DNA of 64,000 bases from Octopus sinensis (GCF_006345805.1 NC_043008.1:30256001-30320000), one strand, 5' to 3'. Positions 1-13,925 are shown, counted from the first letter of the stretch. The notes: generated by a model from the sequence alone, not told the origin. Numbers and translations: made by a program.

Positions 1-1765
1 ACAATTGCGTTGAATTACCACAGACAAATAGTAATATCCAGTAATGTTATTGTGGAATACATATTTTCAAAGCTTAATGAGGTGTATATGGCGTCGAAAT
101 ATTTAGAAGTGAATTTCTTCATCATCTATTTCAGTCAATAACTTACCGTTTCAAGATATTCTGCTAGCTAAGTGAAAGCCAATGGATTCTCACTTTAACA
201 TCAACAGGATTGTCTCCGCATGCTAGAAATGTCTGACAGATCTAGCTTTAAGTTACACTCTGTTTTCTTTTGTTTTGTAATTGACTAGGGACATTGGTTG
301 CCTTAATATAAGACAAGGTGGCTATGAGTGGATTGCTTTAGAGTAGAGATTTTCCTGTTCAGGATTAACCCGTGGTTAAATTACAACGATACCATATCTT
401 TCTCTGGTCTCAAAGATCTGCAAAAAGAGTTTCATTTTCTATTTTCAGCTGAGTAATATTTTATAGCTGTGTTCCGATATTCCCATAGTATAGAAACAAT
501 AATTAAGATATCATACATAATTACCAGTGTCTTTATAAAATATATCAAATATGTATTAGATATCATGGGAAATCCTTAATATCCAAGAGTATTTTAAAAT
601 CTGTAGTTGCCTTTGACCTTTAACACAATGAACTGAAGTGAATGTTATGAAACGCACTGTATTCAATCATTATAGAAACTTACTCGCAGAAATTGCACTC
701 TGGAGTAATATCACTTCAATTCGGGCGTTGACACGTAGCAGATATCTGTTCTATACGTCAAATATTAGTGATGGCACACATAGCCACCGTTAATATTCGG
801 TATATATGCACAATACATCAATATATTCATAAATAAGTAAATAAATCAATATTTGATACGTTGCATTGCTAGTTATAACAGTATTTTCAGTGCATTTAAT
901 AGTGACATTTATTACCCAATGACTTCGATGTGCATATAAGAAAATGTGAAGTTTATTATGATTCATAGGGTTTGTATGACATATTTGACGATCGAAACTT
1001 ATATCTACATCAATCTAGCACGACCAATGCAATTATGGTATTGAGACCCACCACCCAAGGTTGACGCCTGGAGCTTAGTAATATTAAATTTTTATATTTC
1101 TATTCTTTTTTTCCTGCATATATTTAACCGCCTTTCATTTTCACTTTTTTCTTTTAATACTTTTTTCCATAACACGCCACTCGATCAACCAAGAAGATAT
1201 TGTTAGAAATATCAATAACGACAAATATGTACATATTGGGTAATACATCTTAAATATTGAACAACAATTTTCTATTTTTTATGTCAATGATCAAGAAATG
1301 ATGTAGTAAATACCCTGCTCTTGATCGTTCTTTCCTTTTTTTTACTGTTTTACTTTATATCGCCTTAATAGTTTCACTCTTAAGCTCATATATCACAGCC
1401 CACTTTGACAGAAATAGCTATCGGTTTCAGGCAAATATTGATAAAATAACGCTCTGCAAGCCGCAGCATTATATTTTTCGAAAATGCTTCTCAGTTACTA
1501 TCTAATTTCAAAATAATATCCTGTCCGACCAGACTGAAAAGTAGTGAAGTGTTAAATGATATTAGTTAAACTTGGAGATAGCACGTAATGTGTTAATGAT
1601 AAGTTAGCTTTGATCAACAAGGTCCAGCCAGCAGAGTTATTTATGTCTCACACGACGCCCCTTGTTCATTATATACACGTCGTTTCCTCTCACCTAACTC
1701 ATTATATACATACATTCATACACACTCACATATACGCATTTACAGCATTTACACGTATGATATAC

Positions 1766-1802
<37 letters not shown>

Positions 1803-1980
1803 TGTCTGATAGAGTATATATATCTATATATTTATATATGAATATACATACACACACACACACACACACCAACACAAACACACATACATACACACACAAG
1901 CACACACACACACACATATATACATTTATAATAAATCTCTGGGCGAGGTATAAACAGTAGATGCACGACATCGGGAAGTA

Positions 1981-2179
1981 TATTTGCCACCTAAATGTGG
2001 CTAATCCTTAAGGGTTGATATTACTGTAGCTTGTAGCCCCAGGAAGACATCTCTACCAGCAGGCTATTGACATATTATCTGATAGTGTGTCAATAACCAG
2101 CTTGAGGAGATGTCATCCTGGGGCTACAAGCTACAGCAACATCAGCCCTTAAGGGTTAGACACATTCAGGTGCCAAATA
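1981..2179. mobile_element. Fold-back palindromic element (MITE-like), ~199 bp
   Basis: Left arm TATTTGCCACCTAAATGTGGCTAATCCTTAAGGGTTGATATTACTGTAGCTTGTAGCCCCAGGAAGACATCTC is the near-perfect reverse complement of right arm GAGATGTCATCCTGGGGCTACAAGCTACAGCAACATCAGCCCTTAAGGGTTAGACACATTCAGGTGCCAAATA; centre near 2080; TA-rich flanks. Confidence 0.7.
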
Positions 2180-2226
2180 TAATATATATATATATATATC
2201 TAAATGTACAAAGACAGAAAGAGAGG

Positions 2227-2303
<77 letters not shown>
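2227..2303. repeat. (GATA)n microsatellite
   Basis: Direct reading of tandem GATA units. Confidence 0.97.
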
Positions 2304-2663
2304 GTATATACAGACATATATATGTATATATATATATATATATAAATATATATATTCCTTATTGTTGCCATGCAGTTGGCTACGGTCATACTTGAGCATA
2401 TATATATGTATACTTATATATATATGTATACATGTATGTGTATATACGCATATACTTATAATCACGCATATATATATATATATACACACACATAGATATA
2501 GATTCTTACATATATACATATGTACATATATAAGCAAGCACACGAGCATATGTGTGTTTGCGAGTTTGCGCACATGCGAGCGTATGTGCACGCACATGTG
2601 TGTGGCCCTCGTATGTAGACATATGACCACAAATACATATACATATATATACAAATACTTACA

Positions 2664-2694
<31 letters not shown>

Positions 2695-2712
2695 GTATAT
2701 GTAAAAAAAAAA

Positions 2713-2917
2713 CACTAACTGGGACAAGAAGGCAAAACATTTAGAAGACGATACAAAAAATACGGACGGGACATTCGAAGCCTTCAATCTTCAGTCAAGA
2801 ACCGGATCATCCTCGCAATTTCGGCTGATTAATCTTGAGATTGCTCCGACCTGGCCAGCCCCAAGGAAAATCTAAGCCAAGCGCATTAGATTCCTTGGAA
2901 GAAAGCATCGAATGTAT
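2713..2917. mobile_element. Dispersed repeat family 'GGACAAGAA...GAACCGGATCATC...GATTAATCTTGAGA', copy a
   Basis: Homologous to 3571-3776, 8245-8563, 8662-9050, 9513-9602 and, inverted, 45040-45365. Class not established; copies abut (TA)n. Confidence 0.75.
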
Positions 2918-2924
2918 ATGTATG

Positions 2925-2979
<55 letters not shown>

Positions 2980-3514
2980 ATCAATCAATCAATACCTTTG
3001 TGGCCATGATTGATGGATAACTGCAAAAGTTTTATATTCTCTCTCTCTCTCGCCTCTCTCTCTCTCACACTCTCTCTGTCTGCTTATTTTCTCGTGTTCG
3101 TCTCTGTTGAAGAGCGTAGGATCGAAACTTAAATGAATTTCTCACCTTCTCGAGCGTCAAACTAATACACTTGCTTGATGTTTATACACCTGCCTTCGTC
3201 TTTTATTTTTCTGTAAATTTCAACTATGTATATATATATATATATATGTATATTATATATATATGTATACATGTATGTGTATATACGCATATACTTATAA
3301 TCACGCATATATATATATATATATACACACACATAGATATAGATTCTTACATATATACATATGTACATATATAAGCAAGCACACGAGCATATGTGTGTTT
3401 GCGAGTTTGCGCACATGCGAGCGTATGTGCACGCACATGTGTGTGGCCCTCGTATGTAGACATATGACCACAAATACATATACATATATATACAAATACT
3501 TACATATATATATA

Positions 3515-3552
<38 letters not shown>

Positions 3553-3570
3553 GTATATGTAAAAAAAAAA

Positions 3571-3776
3571 CACTAACTGGGACAAGAAGGCAAAACATTT
3601 AGAAGACGATACAAAAAATACGGACGGGACATTCGAAGCCTTCAATCTTCAGTCAAGAACCGGATCATCCTCGCAATTTCGGCTGATTAATCTTGAGATT
3701 GCTCCGACCTGGCCAGCCCCAAAGGAAAATCTAAGCCAAGCGCATTAGATTCCTTGGAAGAAAGCATCGAATGTAT
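3571..3776. mobile_element. Same dispersed repeat family, copy b (inside the tandem duplication)
   Basis: Nearly identical to 2713-2917. Confidence 0.75.
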
Positions 3777-3805
3777 ATGTATGTACATGTATATATATAT
3801 ATATG

Positions 3806-3861
<56 letters not shown>

Positions 3862-4137
3862 ATCAATCAATCAATCAATCAATACCTTTGTGGCCATGAT
3901 TGATGGATAACTGCAAAAGTTTTATATTCTCTCTCTCTCTCGCCCTCTCTCTCTCTCACACTCTCTCTGTCTGCTTATTTTCTCGTGTTCGTCTCTGTTG
4001 AAGAGCGTAGGATCGAAACTTAAATGAATTTCTCACCTTCTCGAGCGTCAAACTAATACACTTGCTTGATGTTTATACACCTGCCTTCGTCTTTTATTTT
4101 TCTGTAAATTTCAACTATGTATATATATATATATATG

Positions 4138-4177
<40 letters not shown>

Positions 4178-7106
4178 CATTTGTGTTTCAATTTGTGTGT
4201 CTCTTTCCTTCAACTGAACGGTCATTTCCAATTTTCAGGAAGTGGAGTGCCTTCTTTTACCAAAGGAAATTGACCCATACTTTGTTTCCTTGCTTAAATA
4301 TTCTCGTTATACCCCAGCTTGTGGATATACGCGGTACCATTTATTTGGCTCCAAATAAAACCTGCCTTATTAACGCCAACAACAGTGCACTTTCGACCAC
4401 ACTACACATGTACTCACACACGATTTCTCACACGCACGCACTCACGCACACTCGTGCGTGTTACTTACATGTACAGACACACACGCATGCCAGCATTCAA
4501 AGAAATAATAATGCCTCATTGTTTACCTTTTGTTTTATATATATATATATATACACATATGCTATTCTAAGTGATCAAATATGGCTTGGTATCAAATTTT
4601 GAAAGTAATTTTAAGCTTATTACTCCAATGAAAGTTATCACCATTCCAAGTTTACTCTTCTGCAACAGTTTAAATGTGCCACTACTTTTATTGCAAGTGC
4701 AGCAGTTGAAGTGTGCCACTATATTTTTGCATTAACTATATCCATTTATGTGAACTACTGTATTTTTATCAATTTCAGAATTCTATCGTAGCCCAGTAAG
4801 TAAATTAACGAATAATTTAAGTGTATAATTCCACTATAACCCTAAAAATGTATAAATTTAACATTACTTCTTTACGAATGTTACCCATTTACTGCAAAAT
4901 TTTATTCATGTAAGTGTAAAACTCGAAGTGTATCTCGTAAGTTTATCGATCTAATTTTATGAACTGCAGCGTACCCCAAGCCGTTTACCCGTTTTCTATA
5001 ATGAAATTTATTAACTTAAGTATACTCGTCAAGCTTACCACTACATGCTTACAACTCTAACCTTACTAAGTGTACCAAATTAAGATCACCAAACTAAGTA
5101 CTGATGTTTTGATTTAAATTTACTGTTTGAAGTCTACAAATGTAAGGAATCAATCCATTTCAATGAAGTTGTCAAATTTATTCGATTTAATATAGAATAG
5201 CAAAGCTGCTACACTACAGTGATTAGTCACAATGAAGAGTATAAGTTATCCTTAATAGTCTAAGTTTACAATTACATGGAGTATACATGGTGATAAAGTA
5301 GGAAACTAGTTTGATTTTTTACAGGGAATGATAGAGTATGTTTTAAGTGGGCCTTGCATATTATATAGCAAATAGATGTCTATTCCGACATGCAATAACA
5401 GCTATACCAACAATATAATATACCCCCATCATCAGCTGCCCCATGAATATCACTATGTTTTTGACACCTGGGCAGTACCATACAATCCGGCTGTGTCAAC
5501 AGCACTAAAATAACTGTTGTTTGGGAACAAACATACCTTAAATATCACCACATTCATTCGATCATAATTTTAAGAAGGATTAAATACTAACGCTATTAAT
5601 TAAACTACAACGCATAAATGCATTTTCCCTATGAACAAAAACAATATTATTAAATTCAGTAAGTAAACATATAACTAACTACAGTAGATTCACAGTCGAC
5701 TGCTACGTGCTAAAAGGAAGAAAGAAATGTGTACCATTTAAGTGTATTCTCTCTATACTGGGAGCTACAAACACAAGTATACTGTGCTGTACTATTCAAC
5801 AAAGTACAAGGAGACAGAAGAGCTGTAAACTATTGTTTCTATGTTAGTGGTGGCAGTCAGTACAATGCTGATGCGCATTGTGGCAGAAACGCATGTTCTC
5901 TTTTTGTTTTCACTTGTCACCAAGCACAAACATTTTTGGCAATATTTTACATTGACGATTTATTTAGCCTATCTTACTCATCTGTTTCGAACATCGTTGC
6001 CAACTCCATTAAGTGCTTCCTACGTTCTCTGGAAACGAAGATAGATTCAGTAAATCAAGTATTTATCTTACATGGTAATCAGTATAACTTTATTAGTTAT
6101 AATTAATGCTACTGGCCACACTAAATTATTTCACTTAGTTCATTTATATTTACACACACTCGTACATACATGTCGACATGCATACACAATGTGTGTTTAC
6201 ACAAATACACACCCACACATGCACACACATACACACATATATATATATGCCTATATTTGTATATATGTAAATATGTATTGGTATAAATGCAAATATCTGT
6301 AACATTCTCTCACTATACATATGTGCGTGTTGTTGAAGCGGTGGTATCTTTCTTTATTTCTGACTTTCTGACTTTCATTATTCCTCTCTCTCTTTCTCTC
6401 TCTCTCCCTCTCTCTCTTTGCATAGAGATATGATATGATATTATATAACAGAGTGTATATATTTAATAGATTTAACAGAGAGATTAATATCTTTCTCAGA
6501 AGAGTAAACAGAAATTCTAACTCAATATAAGTTTCTAGTTTTCGCCTCTCACTTGCCAAACTTTTTGGTAAAATTTGCAATTAATAATATAACAGCGGGT
6601 ATCGGTTTCTCACATTAGACATTAAAGTAAATAAAATATGGTAAATGCAGTTAAATATTATGTGCACCTTCCTATATATGATTATTTAATGCATTAATGT
6701 AGTTTAAAATGTATAATATATTATGAAATGCTGCTTTTTTCTAAAGTATCTAAATAAAATGTCACACGTATTTATATGCCGAAGGTATTATTTCGAATGG
6801 AAATGATGGAAAAATTCGAAGAGTTTCTTTATACACAATAATTATTTTCAATAAATTCTTCTACAAAGACTGGCACCATTAGTTAACAAATGGTGTAGAC
6901 ATACCTTATGTGATAGACTAGCAGCCTAACTGGAAGAATGATTTGACCTTGTTTTATGAACAAGTCTGTAGCACCAGTCGTTTAATACCTCATATATAAA
7001 TGACAGTTGCAAAATGTGCAAGAATTACAGACAAACGTACAGAAACATGAAGTGTGACGAATAATGATTCACTTCTTTCAACTTGGTGAGGCGCGTGGTC
7101 ACGTGT

Positions 7107-7327
7107 GAAGGCGCATGGTAAAGTGATTAGGATATTCGACTCACGATCGTAAGGTCGTGAGTGTGATTCCTGGTGGCATACTCTGTCCTCGATCAAAGCA
7201 CTTTATTTCCTGTTGCTCTAGTGAAGTCAGCTGGCAAAAATGTGTTGTACTAAAAATTTAAAGAGTCAGGTTTATCTCATTCTGTGTCATGCTGAATCTT
7301 CCTGAGAACTAGTACTATACTAAGGGT
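7107..7327 (+). mobile_element. tRNA-derived SINE (diverged)
   Basis: Head GAAGGCGCATGGTAAAGTGATTAGG (A-box-like) and GTGTGATTCC at 7161-7170 (decayed B box), followed by a TGTCCTCGATCAAAGCACTTTATTTC core typical of an octopus SINE family as I recall it. Confidence 0.7.
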
Positions 7328-8208
7328 CAACTTGCAAGATAATTTCACAAGTAGTAAGTGCCAGTTAGTTTATTCTTACAGAGAAATCACACCAAGATAG
7401 CTAACATTTCGTTATAAAGATAATTTCGATTTGGTAGAAAAATTGATCACCTTAAACTTTAATTTCTGTAGAACTATGTCACTGCCTATGGAATCAGGAA
7501 ACTAGTTTATTATATTCATGTTATACTGAAGATCATTTAGTGCAACAACTTATACCATTTCATTTCACTTTATATTGTTTCAAGTCGGGTCATTTGCACA
7601 AACCTGGTACAGAAATCATGACAAAATTTTCGGTTTATCCCTCGTTAGAGTTATCTTTCTTAGTATGTATTCATGCTTATATATTTCAGTGAAGACACAT
7701 GGACTGAATCGTTACAATGTCGGGTTAATTGGTGATGTTATGTATTCTAGCTATTGCCATTCACATAGTGCCGAAGTCGATGTTATGTTTTATCCTTTCG
7801 GTGTTGGTACCAGCTCAGATCAGTGGATATGTGAAATGCTTGCACTATTTGCTCATGATAAGTTTAGAGAGCTGAGGAAGATATGGTAAACTTGCTTGCA
7901 TTTAACTGAATAAATAATGTCTCGTAAACGATGCATAAATGGCGCCAAGAAGATATTTTTCAAGTCATTACGCAATTTCCATGACAAGTACATAGACCTT
8001 GTCAAGGAAGCCACCGCAACGTTTTTGCAAACCTGACGTCAAATGCAAGAAATCATATAACAGAGTCACGATATGCTTCCATATCTTCGAACTTGCAAAT
8101 AATTCCTTTCTCCTATTAATCTACTTTCGTATTGCTATGTATGCAGATATAGCTAATATAAATGAAGATTCCTTTGATTACAAAACATAACATCTTGAAT
8201 TACTTAGC

Positions 8209-8244
<36 letters not shown>

Positions 8245-8247
<3 letters not shown>

Positions 8248-8563
8248 CAAAATGGGACAAGAACGCAAAGCATCCAGATAGACGATACAAAAAACACGGA
8301 AGGGTCATTCGAAGCTTGTAATCTCCAGTCAAGAACCGGATCATCCTTGCAATTTCGGCTGATTAATCTTGAGAGTGCTCCAATCTGGCCAGCCCTAAGG
8401 AAAAACGAAGCTAAGAGCATTAGATTCCTTGGAAAAAGGATCGAATGTATACGAGACGAGGAGGGAAAACGGACGACGTTACACGAATATAAATACAAAA
8501 ATATATAGTGCGTGTGTCTATTTGGCAAAAACAAATAATGACCATACCGAAATACAACAATCT
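8245..8563. mobile_element. Dispersed repeat family copy c
   Basis: GGGACAAGAACGC...CAGTCAAGAACCGGATCATCCTTGCAATTTCGGCTGATTAATCTTGAGA matches copies a and b. Confidence 0.75.
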
Positions 8564-8569
8564 ATACAT

Positions 8570-8602
<33 letters not shown>

Positions 8603-8661
8603 CATACATACATACATACATATATAATATATATATATATATATATAATATATATATATTA

Positions 8662-9602
8662 ATGTATGTAGAAAAATACAACATGGACAAGAACGTAAAA
8701 CTCTTAGAAGACGACACAATAAACACGGACAGGACACTCGAACCCTCAGTCTTCAGTCAAGAACCGGATCATCATAGTAATTTCGGCTGATTAATCTTGA
8801 GATTACTAGATCACGGCCAGCCCTCCAAGAAAAACTAAGCAACGAGCATTAGAAAAACTAAGCTGGAAGCGTAGATTTCCTGGAAGAAGGATCGAATGCA
8901 TACGAACACCAGGACAGCAAAAGGACAGATATAAAAAAAAACAAAAAAAAACAATAATGGAATACAGAAACATGAAATACAGAAGCATTAACGGTGAAAA
9001 CAAACAAGTGTCTACGACTGATAACAAGCAAACAAATTTTTTCTGGCGCATTGGAAGAAGCCTTTATAGCGGCGGACGAAAAACAACGATGTTGACACGA
9101 CGAGGGTCAGGAGCTGAAGGCAGATTTCGGCCAACAGTCACGTGACAGAGAAGAGGGAAAAGAAAAGAAAGTGATGAAGCAAAGGAGAGAGAGAGAGAGA
9201 GGGACAAACGCAACAAAGAGAGAGAAGAGAGAGAAAGAAGGAATCAGAGAGGAGAAGGGATGGGTGTCGAAGAATGACCTGTGAGTGCAGAGCGAGACAA
9301 AGAAATAGGAGGGTAGTGGAAGACTAGACCAAAGAATCAGAGGAAAGAGAAGAGGAAAAAGAGGATGAGTAGAGAGAAAAGAGAGAGAGGGGGACAGATC
9401 AAGTAAAAATGAGAGAGAGAGAGAGACAAACAGAGAGTCGTACCAATTATTAAGAATATGTGCTCACATTTATGATAAGGGGGGTACGGGGCGCCTGGAA
9501 TATATGTTAAGGTATGTAGAAAAATACAACATGGACAAGAACGTATAACTCTTAGAAGACGACACAATAAACACGGACAGGACACTCGAAACCCTCAGTC
9601 TT
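8662..9602. mobile_element. Dispersed repeat family copy d with its first ~88 bp repeated at 9513-9602 (partial-tandem arrangement)
   Basis: TATGTAGAAAAATACAACATGGACAAGAACGT...GGACACTCGAA(A)CCCTCAGTCTT occurs at ~8665 and ~9513 with 2 differences, flanking a purine-rich interior; (TA)n on both outer sides. Confidence 0.7.
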
Positions 9603-9668
9603 ATATATGTAGGTGAATGAATTATCCTAGTATTGGTAATTCGGTTAACCGATACCTGGGTAGCAAAT

Positions 9669-9705
<37 letters not shown>

Positions 9706-10344
9706 AGAAGGTGAATTATCAGGGACATTCGATCAGAGGATACTCTGTGTATACTGTACAATGGATACCTCTTCTACAGATGGTTTTAATTTTGGAGGTG
9801 ATGTAAAGCTAGAATTACATGATACCCTTACATCCCTCTGTAAACTCTAAAAATATTTCTACTATATAAGATAGAATGGATAAAGCCACCTTCTCCATGC
9901 ATCCTTTCACCTCGCAAAAGCCCCAGTCCCATTTTACACATTCGGTTAATTGTTGATCCACCACGTTCTGTTCGTATACATTTTTCGTGATGATACACAC
10001 ACACATAAGCACACTCACATCTATATTGGTATATACACATATAATGCTTGCGATTTGTATTGTCATTACTATCATTCAGGAGATGTGACGTTTCCCTTTG
10101 CTCTAATCATAATTTCAATACCATTAGACGTAATAACGTCTATTCACATGCGAAAAGTTTTACACAGAATCCATTTATTGTTGGTAAGTTTATATTTTTC
10201 GTAGCATGTCAGATTCTCATCCAGTTTACTTCCCGATAGTTTTGCTCAAATATATGCTCTAATAATTAGATCACACACACACACACCACACACACACACA
10301 CACATACACACACACAACACACACATACACACACAACACACACA

Positions 10345-10434
<90 letters not shown>

Positions 10435-10435
<1 letters not shown>

Positions 10436-10625
10436 ATTATAATTTAGGGTATCTAAGAGATTCCGTCACGCTGGAAATAGCAGCCAGAAATCTGACTCTA
10501 AAACCACAACATTAAATGTTCATACAGCACCCGGTGCTGTATGAACATTTAATCTGGTTTTAGAGTCAGGTTTGGGCTGCTATTTCCAGCGCGACGGTAT
10601 ATGTTGGATACTCTAAATTACAATT
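10435..10625. mobile_element. Fold-back palindromic element (MITE-like), ~190 bp
   Basis: AATTATAATTTAGGGTATC..CCGTCACGCTGGAAATAGCAGCC..TCTGACTCTAAAACCA..ATTAAATGTTCATACAGCACC is mirrored by GGTGCTGTATGAACATTTAAT..TGGTTTTAGAGTCAG..GGCTGCTATTTCCAGCGCGACGG..GATACTCTAAATTACAATT; centre near 10532. Confidence 0.75.
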
Positions 10626-10735
10626 TTAATAATAATTATTACCTTTGAAGGTTTTATTCCCATGCTGATAAGATCGATATTTTAATTAACGATCTCATCC
10701 TCATATAATATTATATATATATATAATATATATAT

Positions 10736-10787
<52 letters not shown>

Positions 10788-13029
10788 ATATAATATATTA
10801 TATATATATACATACATATTATTATATATAAAACAAAAATGGGGTTTGTATTTCCACGCAGGGAAAAATATATAGACATATTTGTTGTTGAAATGCACTT
10901 AAATTTGAAAACTTGTAATTGTTTAAAGTAAATTCATTTACATATATACCAAACTACTTTCAACAATATTTTTTTTGTTTATCAGTGGTAAAAATTTAGA
11001 AAAACATGTTTAAATTTTTCAATGTTGACAAGTTTAAAGTTCATAACAAACAAATTTAGAAATAGGGGTTAGAAAAATATGTTTTAAAGTTTTAATGTTG
11101 AGAAGTTTAAATGTTCATTGCAGTCAATTATATTATAACTGTGCATCAACTTGTTTAAATACACAAAGTTCATTAGTGTTAGTAGTAATAGACTAGACAT
11201 AAATATCATCGAAGTTTCAGTCATACTGAGTTAAGACGAAGAAAAAACAAGGGAAAAGTCAAGATAGTAAAAAATGGATCTGGTTTACAATTTCTCTAAA
11301 TATGAACATTGTTGAAACTAATTTGGTATATATGTAATTAAATTTATTTTAAACAATCGCAAGTTTTTTCAAATTTTGGTGCATTTTCTACAACAAATTT
11401 GCCTATATATATATATATACTTATAAGAGTGATGGATAATAAAATTCCTAGATTGGTAGGTATTTGCTGGTTTTTATATACTGCTGTATTTTTAAATGAA
11501 ATAACGCATTGATCAATTTTGCATACCATACTTCTACGTAGTTCAAATTAACTATCACACAAGATCTAGAGTAAATTTAATATATTTCGCTCACTTCGAA
11601 ATATGTGACATCAATTAAGCCAGTTGTAAATAATTGTTAATACTGAGATCCGGGGCTTGGCAGAATCGGTGCAGTACTGACGTAAACACCTTGCAAGATA
11701 ATGTTGTTAATGATCTGCACCGTGTCACCGTGTATATTTTTTGAGATTTTACGAGAACAGGAGTGTCAAGAAAAATAACATTGAATTAATGGGTGTCTTA
11801 ACATCAAGTGCAATTGTATAGCAATCTTTATTCATATAAGGGGAACCATCATTATCGTAATTATTACACATATCATCATTGCCTACACTGCCACAATTAT
11901 CATCATTCTCATCAGCGACAGTAACAGCAATAGTAGTGCCTATACTGCTGCTGTTACCACTGCTTGACATTTGTTACAAGATAAAATATAAAAATAAAAT
12001 ACCCCGCACAACACAAGCAATTATATTAAAGAATTTCTCCGCAAAAAAATGCATAACTTGATTGTTGTTCATACTTTGTACCTACTTTTGTATCGAAAAC
12101 ACAGTCATTGCACTTGATTCAAAGAAAATGGAAGAGGGGGAATCGAAGTTGTTTAAATTAGAACAGGATTGCTAATAATCATATTGGTGTGATTCTTCGT
12201 CAGAAGAGATTACACTTAAGACATAATTATCTATGATTTCAGAAGATAAAATGAAAGGCTATCATTATAAGCGGTTTTAGTATAACGTGTTCTCTTCAGT
12301 GAAACATCGTTTTGTTTTATCACTCTGTCTTTTATGTGGTTCTTGTACAAATATATATGTGTACGTGTATGCATATGTACGTTTATATATGTAAGTATAT
12401 GTACTTAAATTGTGTGTATGTGTGTGTGTGTGTGTGTGTGTGCAAGATTAGTACATTTGTATGTGTGGCTGTATGTATGCCTGTTACTACATCAGTATAT
12501 GAGAATATATGCTTTTTTACTTTTGTATTTAATGCAGCGGGAAGCGAGAGAGTGAATTAGACATAGGGGAGAAGGAAAGAGAGGGAGAGACTAGGGTAAT
12601 AATTACGATATAAATGTCTGTGAATATATGTATAGGATTTTAATTACGGTTCTCTTCGCGCTCAACTAATTAGTTTTCCTATTTCTCATATAATCTCAAC
12701 ACAGTATCACTTCAAACGATATGTATTTGTATGCATGTATGCACGTATATATGTATGTATATATACATATATGTATATATAGATGGATGTATGTGTATAT
12801 ATATAAATAGATATTTATATTTATATATATATGCATACATATATATATAGTCATAGAGATAGATAGATAGATTGAGAGATAGAGAGATAGAGAGATAGAG
12901 AGATAGATAAAATGTAAAACGTGACATACATATACATGTTTTTCTCCAACACAAGGAAATCAGTAGGAGCTATTTAAATATGTTGAAAACTCATGCTATA
13001 ACATTGTTTGGAACACTTCTGCTTCTTCA

Positions 13030-13925
13030 TTAGATACGTCAAAGTCACTAGAAAATCAACTCTTCAACTATTCTCTTCTCATGACCAATACGCAACTAGA
13101 CCCCAATTAGGATTTGCCTGCAAACGATTGTCGGTAGCGATGTTTGAGTCACAATCATCTTGAGTTGGTTTTAACTGCTTCGGTTTCTCTTTCAGTAGGT
13201 TTCATTGTTTCATTTGGCTCCAAACCAACGACCACAGATAGTGTTGGAAACATATATAATCTGATTTCTCAGAATTTTATAACTCTGCCTTACTTAAAAC
13301 AGGCTATAAAAAAATACTACCTATATTGACCCTAAATTCCACCTCTATTAATCAGGACATGAAAATACGCCATAACGGTAATAACAATATAAATTTTAGT
13401 TCGAATGACAATACTAAATTAAAAAAATTAATTTTGCAATGTAAGGGAGATGTCCGTTCATTATGTCACTTTGTGCGTAATAAAAATAAGTCTAGGACTT
13501 TTAAAGATAATTACCCTAATAACAACGTGTGTCCTAACAAAACTGTTTAGTTGGTAATTCCATATGGTAAGCAAATCAAATCCAACCTTCCTTACCAGTT
13601 TTGTGAAGCTATAGATAAGAATCTCCCCAAAACTTCAAGATACCATTCCATTATCAATTCATACCAAATGAAAACTGGGTTTTCAAACACCAGAAACCTT
13701 TCACAAATCATTTCTTCGCATAACAATTAGTATTGAAATACAAATCCTCTTAATGAAAATAATAATATTGATATTATTAACGCTAACCATTCTTTGGACA
13801 ATAATAACAACAATATTAATATTTCTGATATAAATTCGAATCGTATTCGTTTCCTGAGCAGTAATTCTAAGACTAAAGACTGTTTATCAATGTAAAATTA
13901 CTTCCGGTTCTGATGTCTTTTTTTA
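13030..13925 (+). pseudogene. Decayed Penelope-like element: RT thumb/linker through start of GIY-YIG endonuclease
   Basis: Reading through the TAG at 13548-13550 gives V*LVIPYGKQIKSNLPYQFCEAIDKNLPKTSRYHSIINSYQMKTGFSNTRNLSQIISSHNN. This parallels the PLE motif WFNPPY...IDKHFP...H.IFN....K.SYS...N...IISSHN. TVYQCKITSGSDVFF near 13880 resembles the first GIY-YIG strand. Contains stops and frameshifts. Confidence 0.6.

Larger units (their letters stand above)
2415..4135. repeat. Near-identical tandem duplication, unit ~840-890 bp (copy 1 ~2415-3250, copy 2 ~3251-4135)
   Basis: Unique segments recur, e.g. CACTAACTGGGACAAGAAGG at 2713 and 3571, and AAATTTCAACT ending at 3225 and 4116. Differences are mostly (TA)n/(CT)n lengths plus a 1-nt indel (CCCCAAGG vs CCCCAAAGG). 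Confidence 0.95.

Noticed and set aside
3107-3132. Hammerhead-like TTGAAGAG-CGTAGG-ATCGAAACTT (also at 3998-4023)
   Set aside because: C3 is replaced by U, stem II is broken, and no stem I or stem III pairing exists in these copies. At best a decayed relic; a family consensus is needed.
4600-5300. Short recurring motifs (GTGCCACTA, AAGTGTA, ACTGC) suggesting an array
   Set aside because: Spacing and sequence are too irregular to define a repeat unit or a CRISPR-like array.
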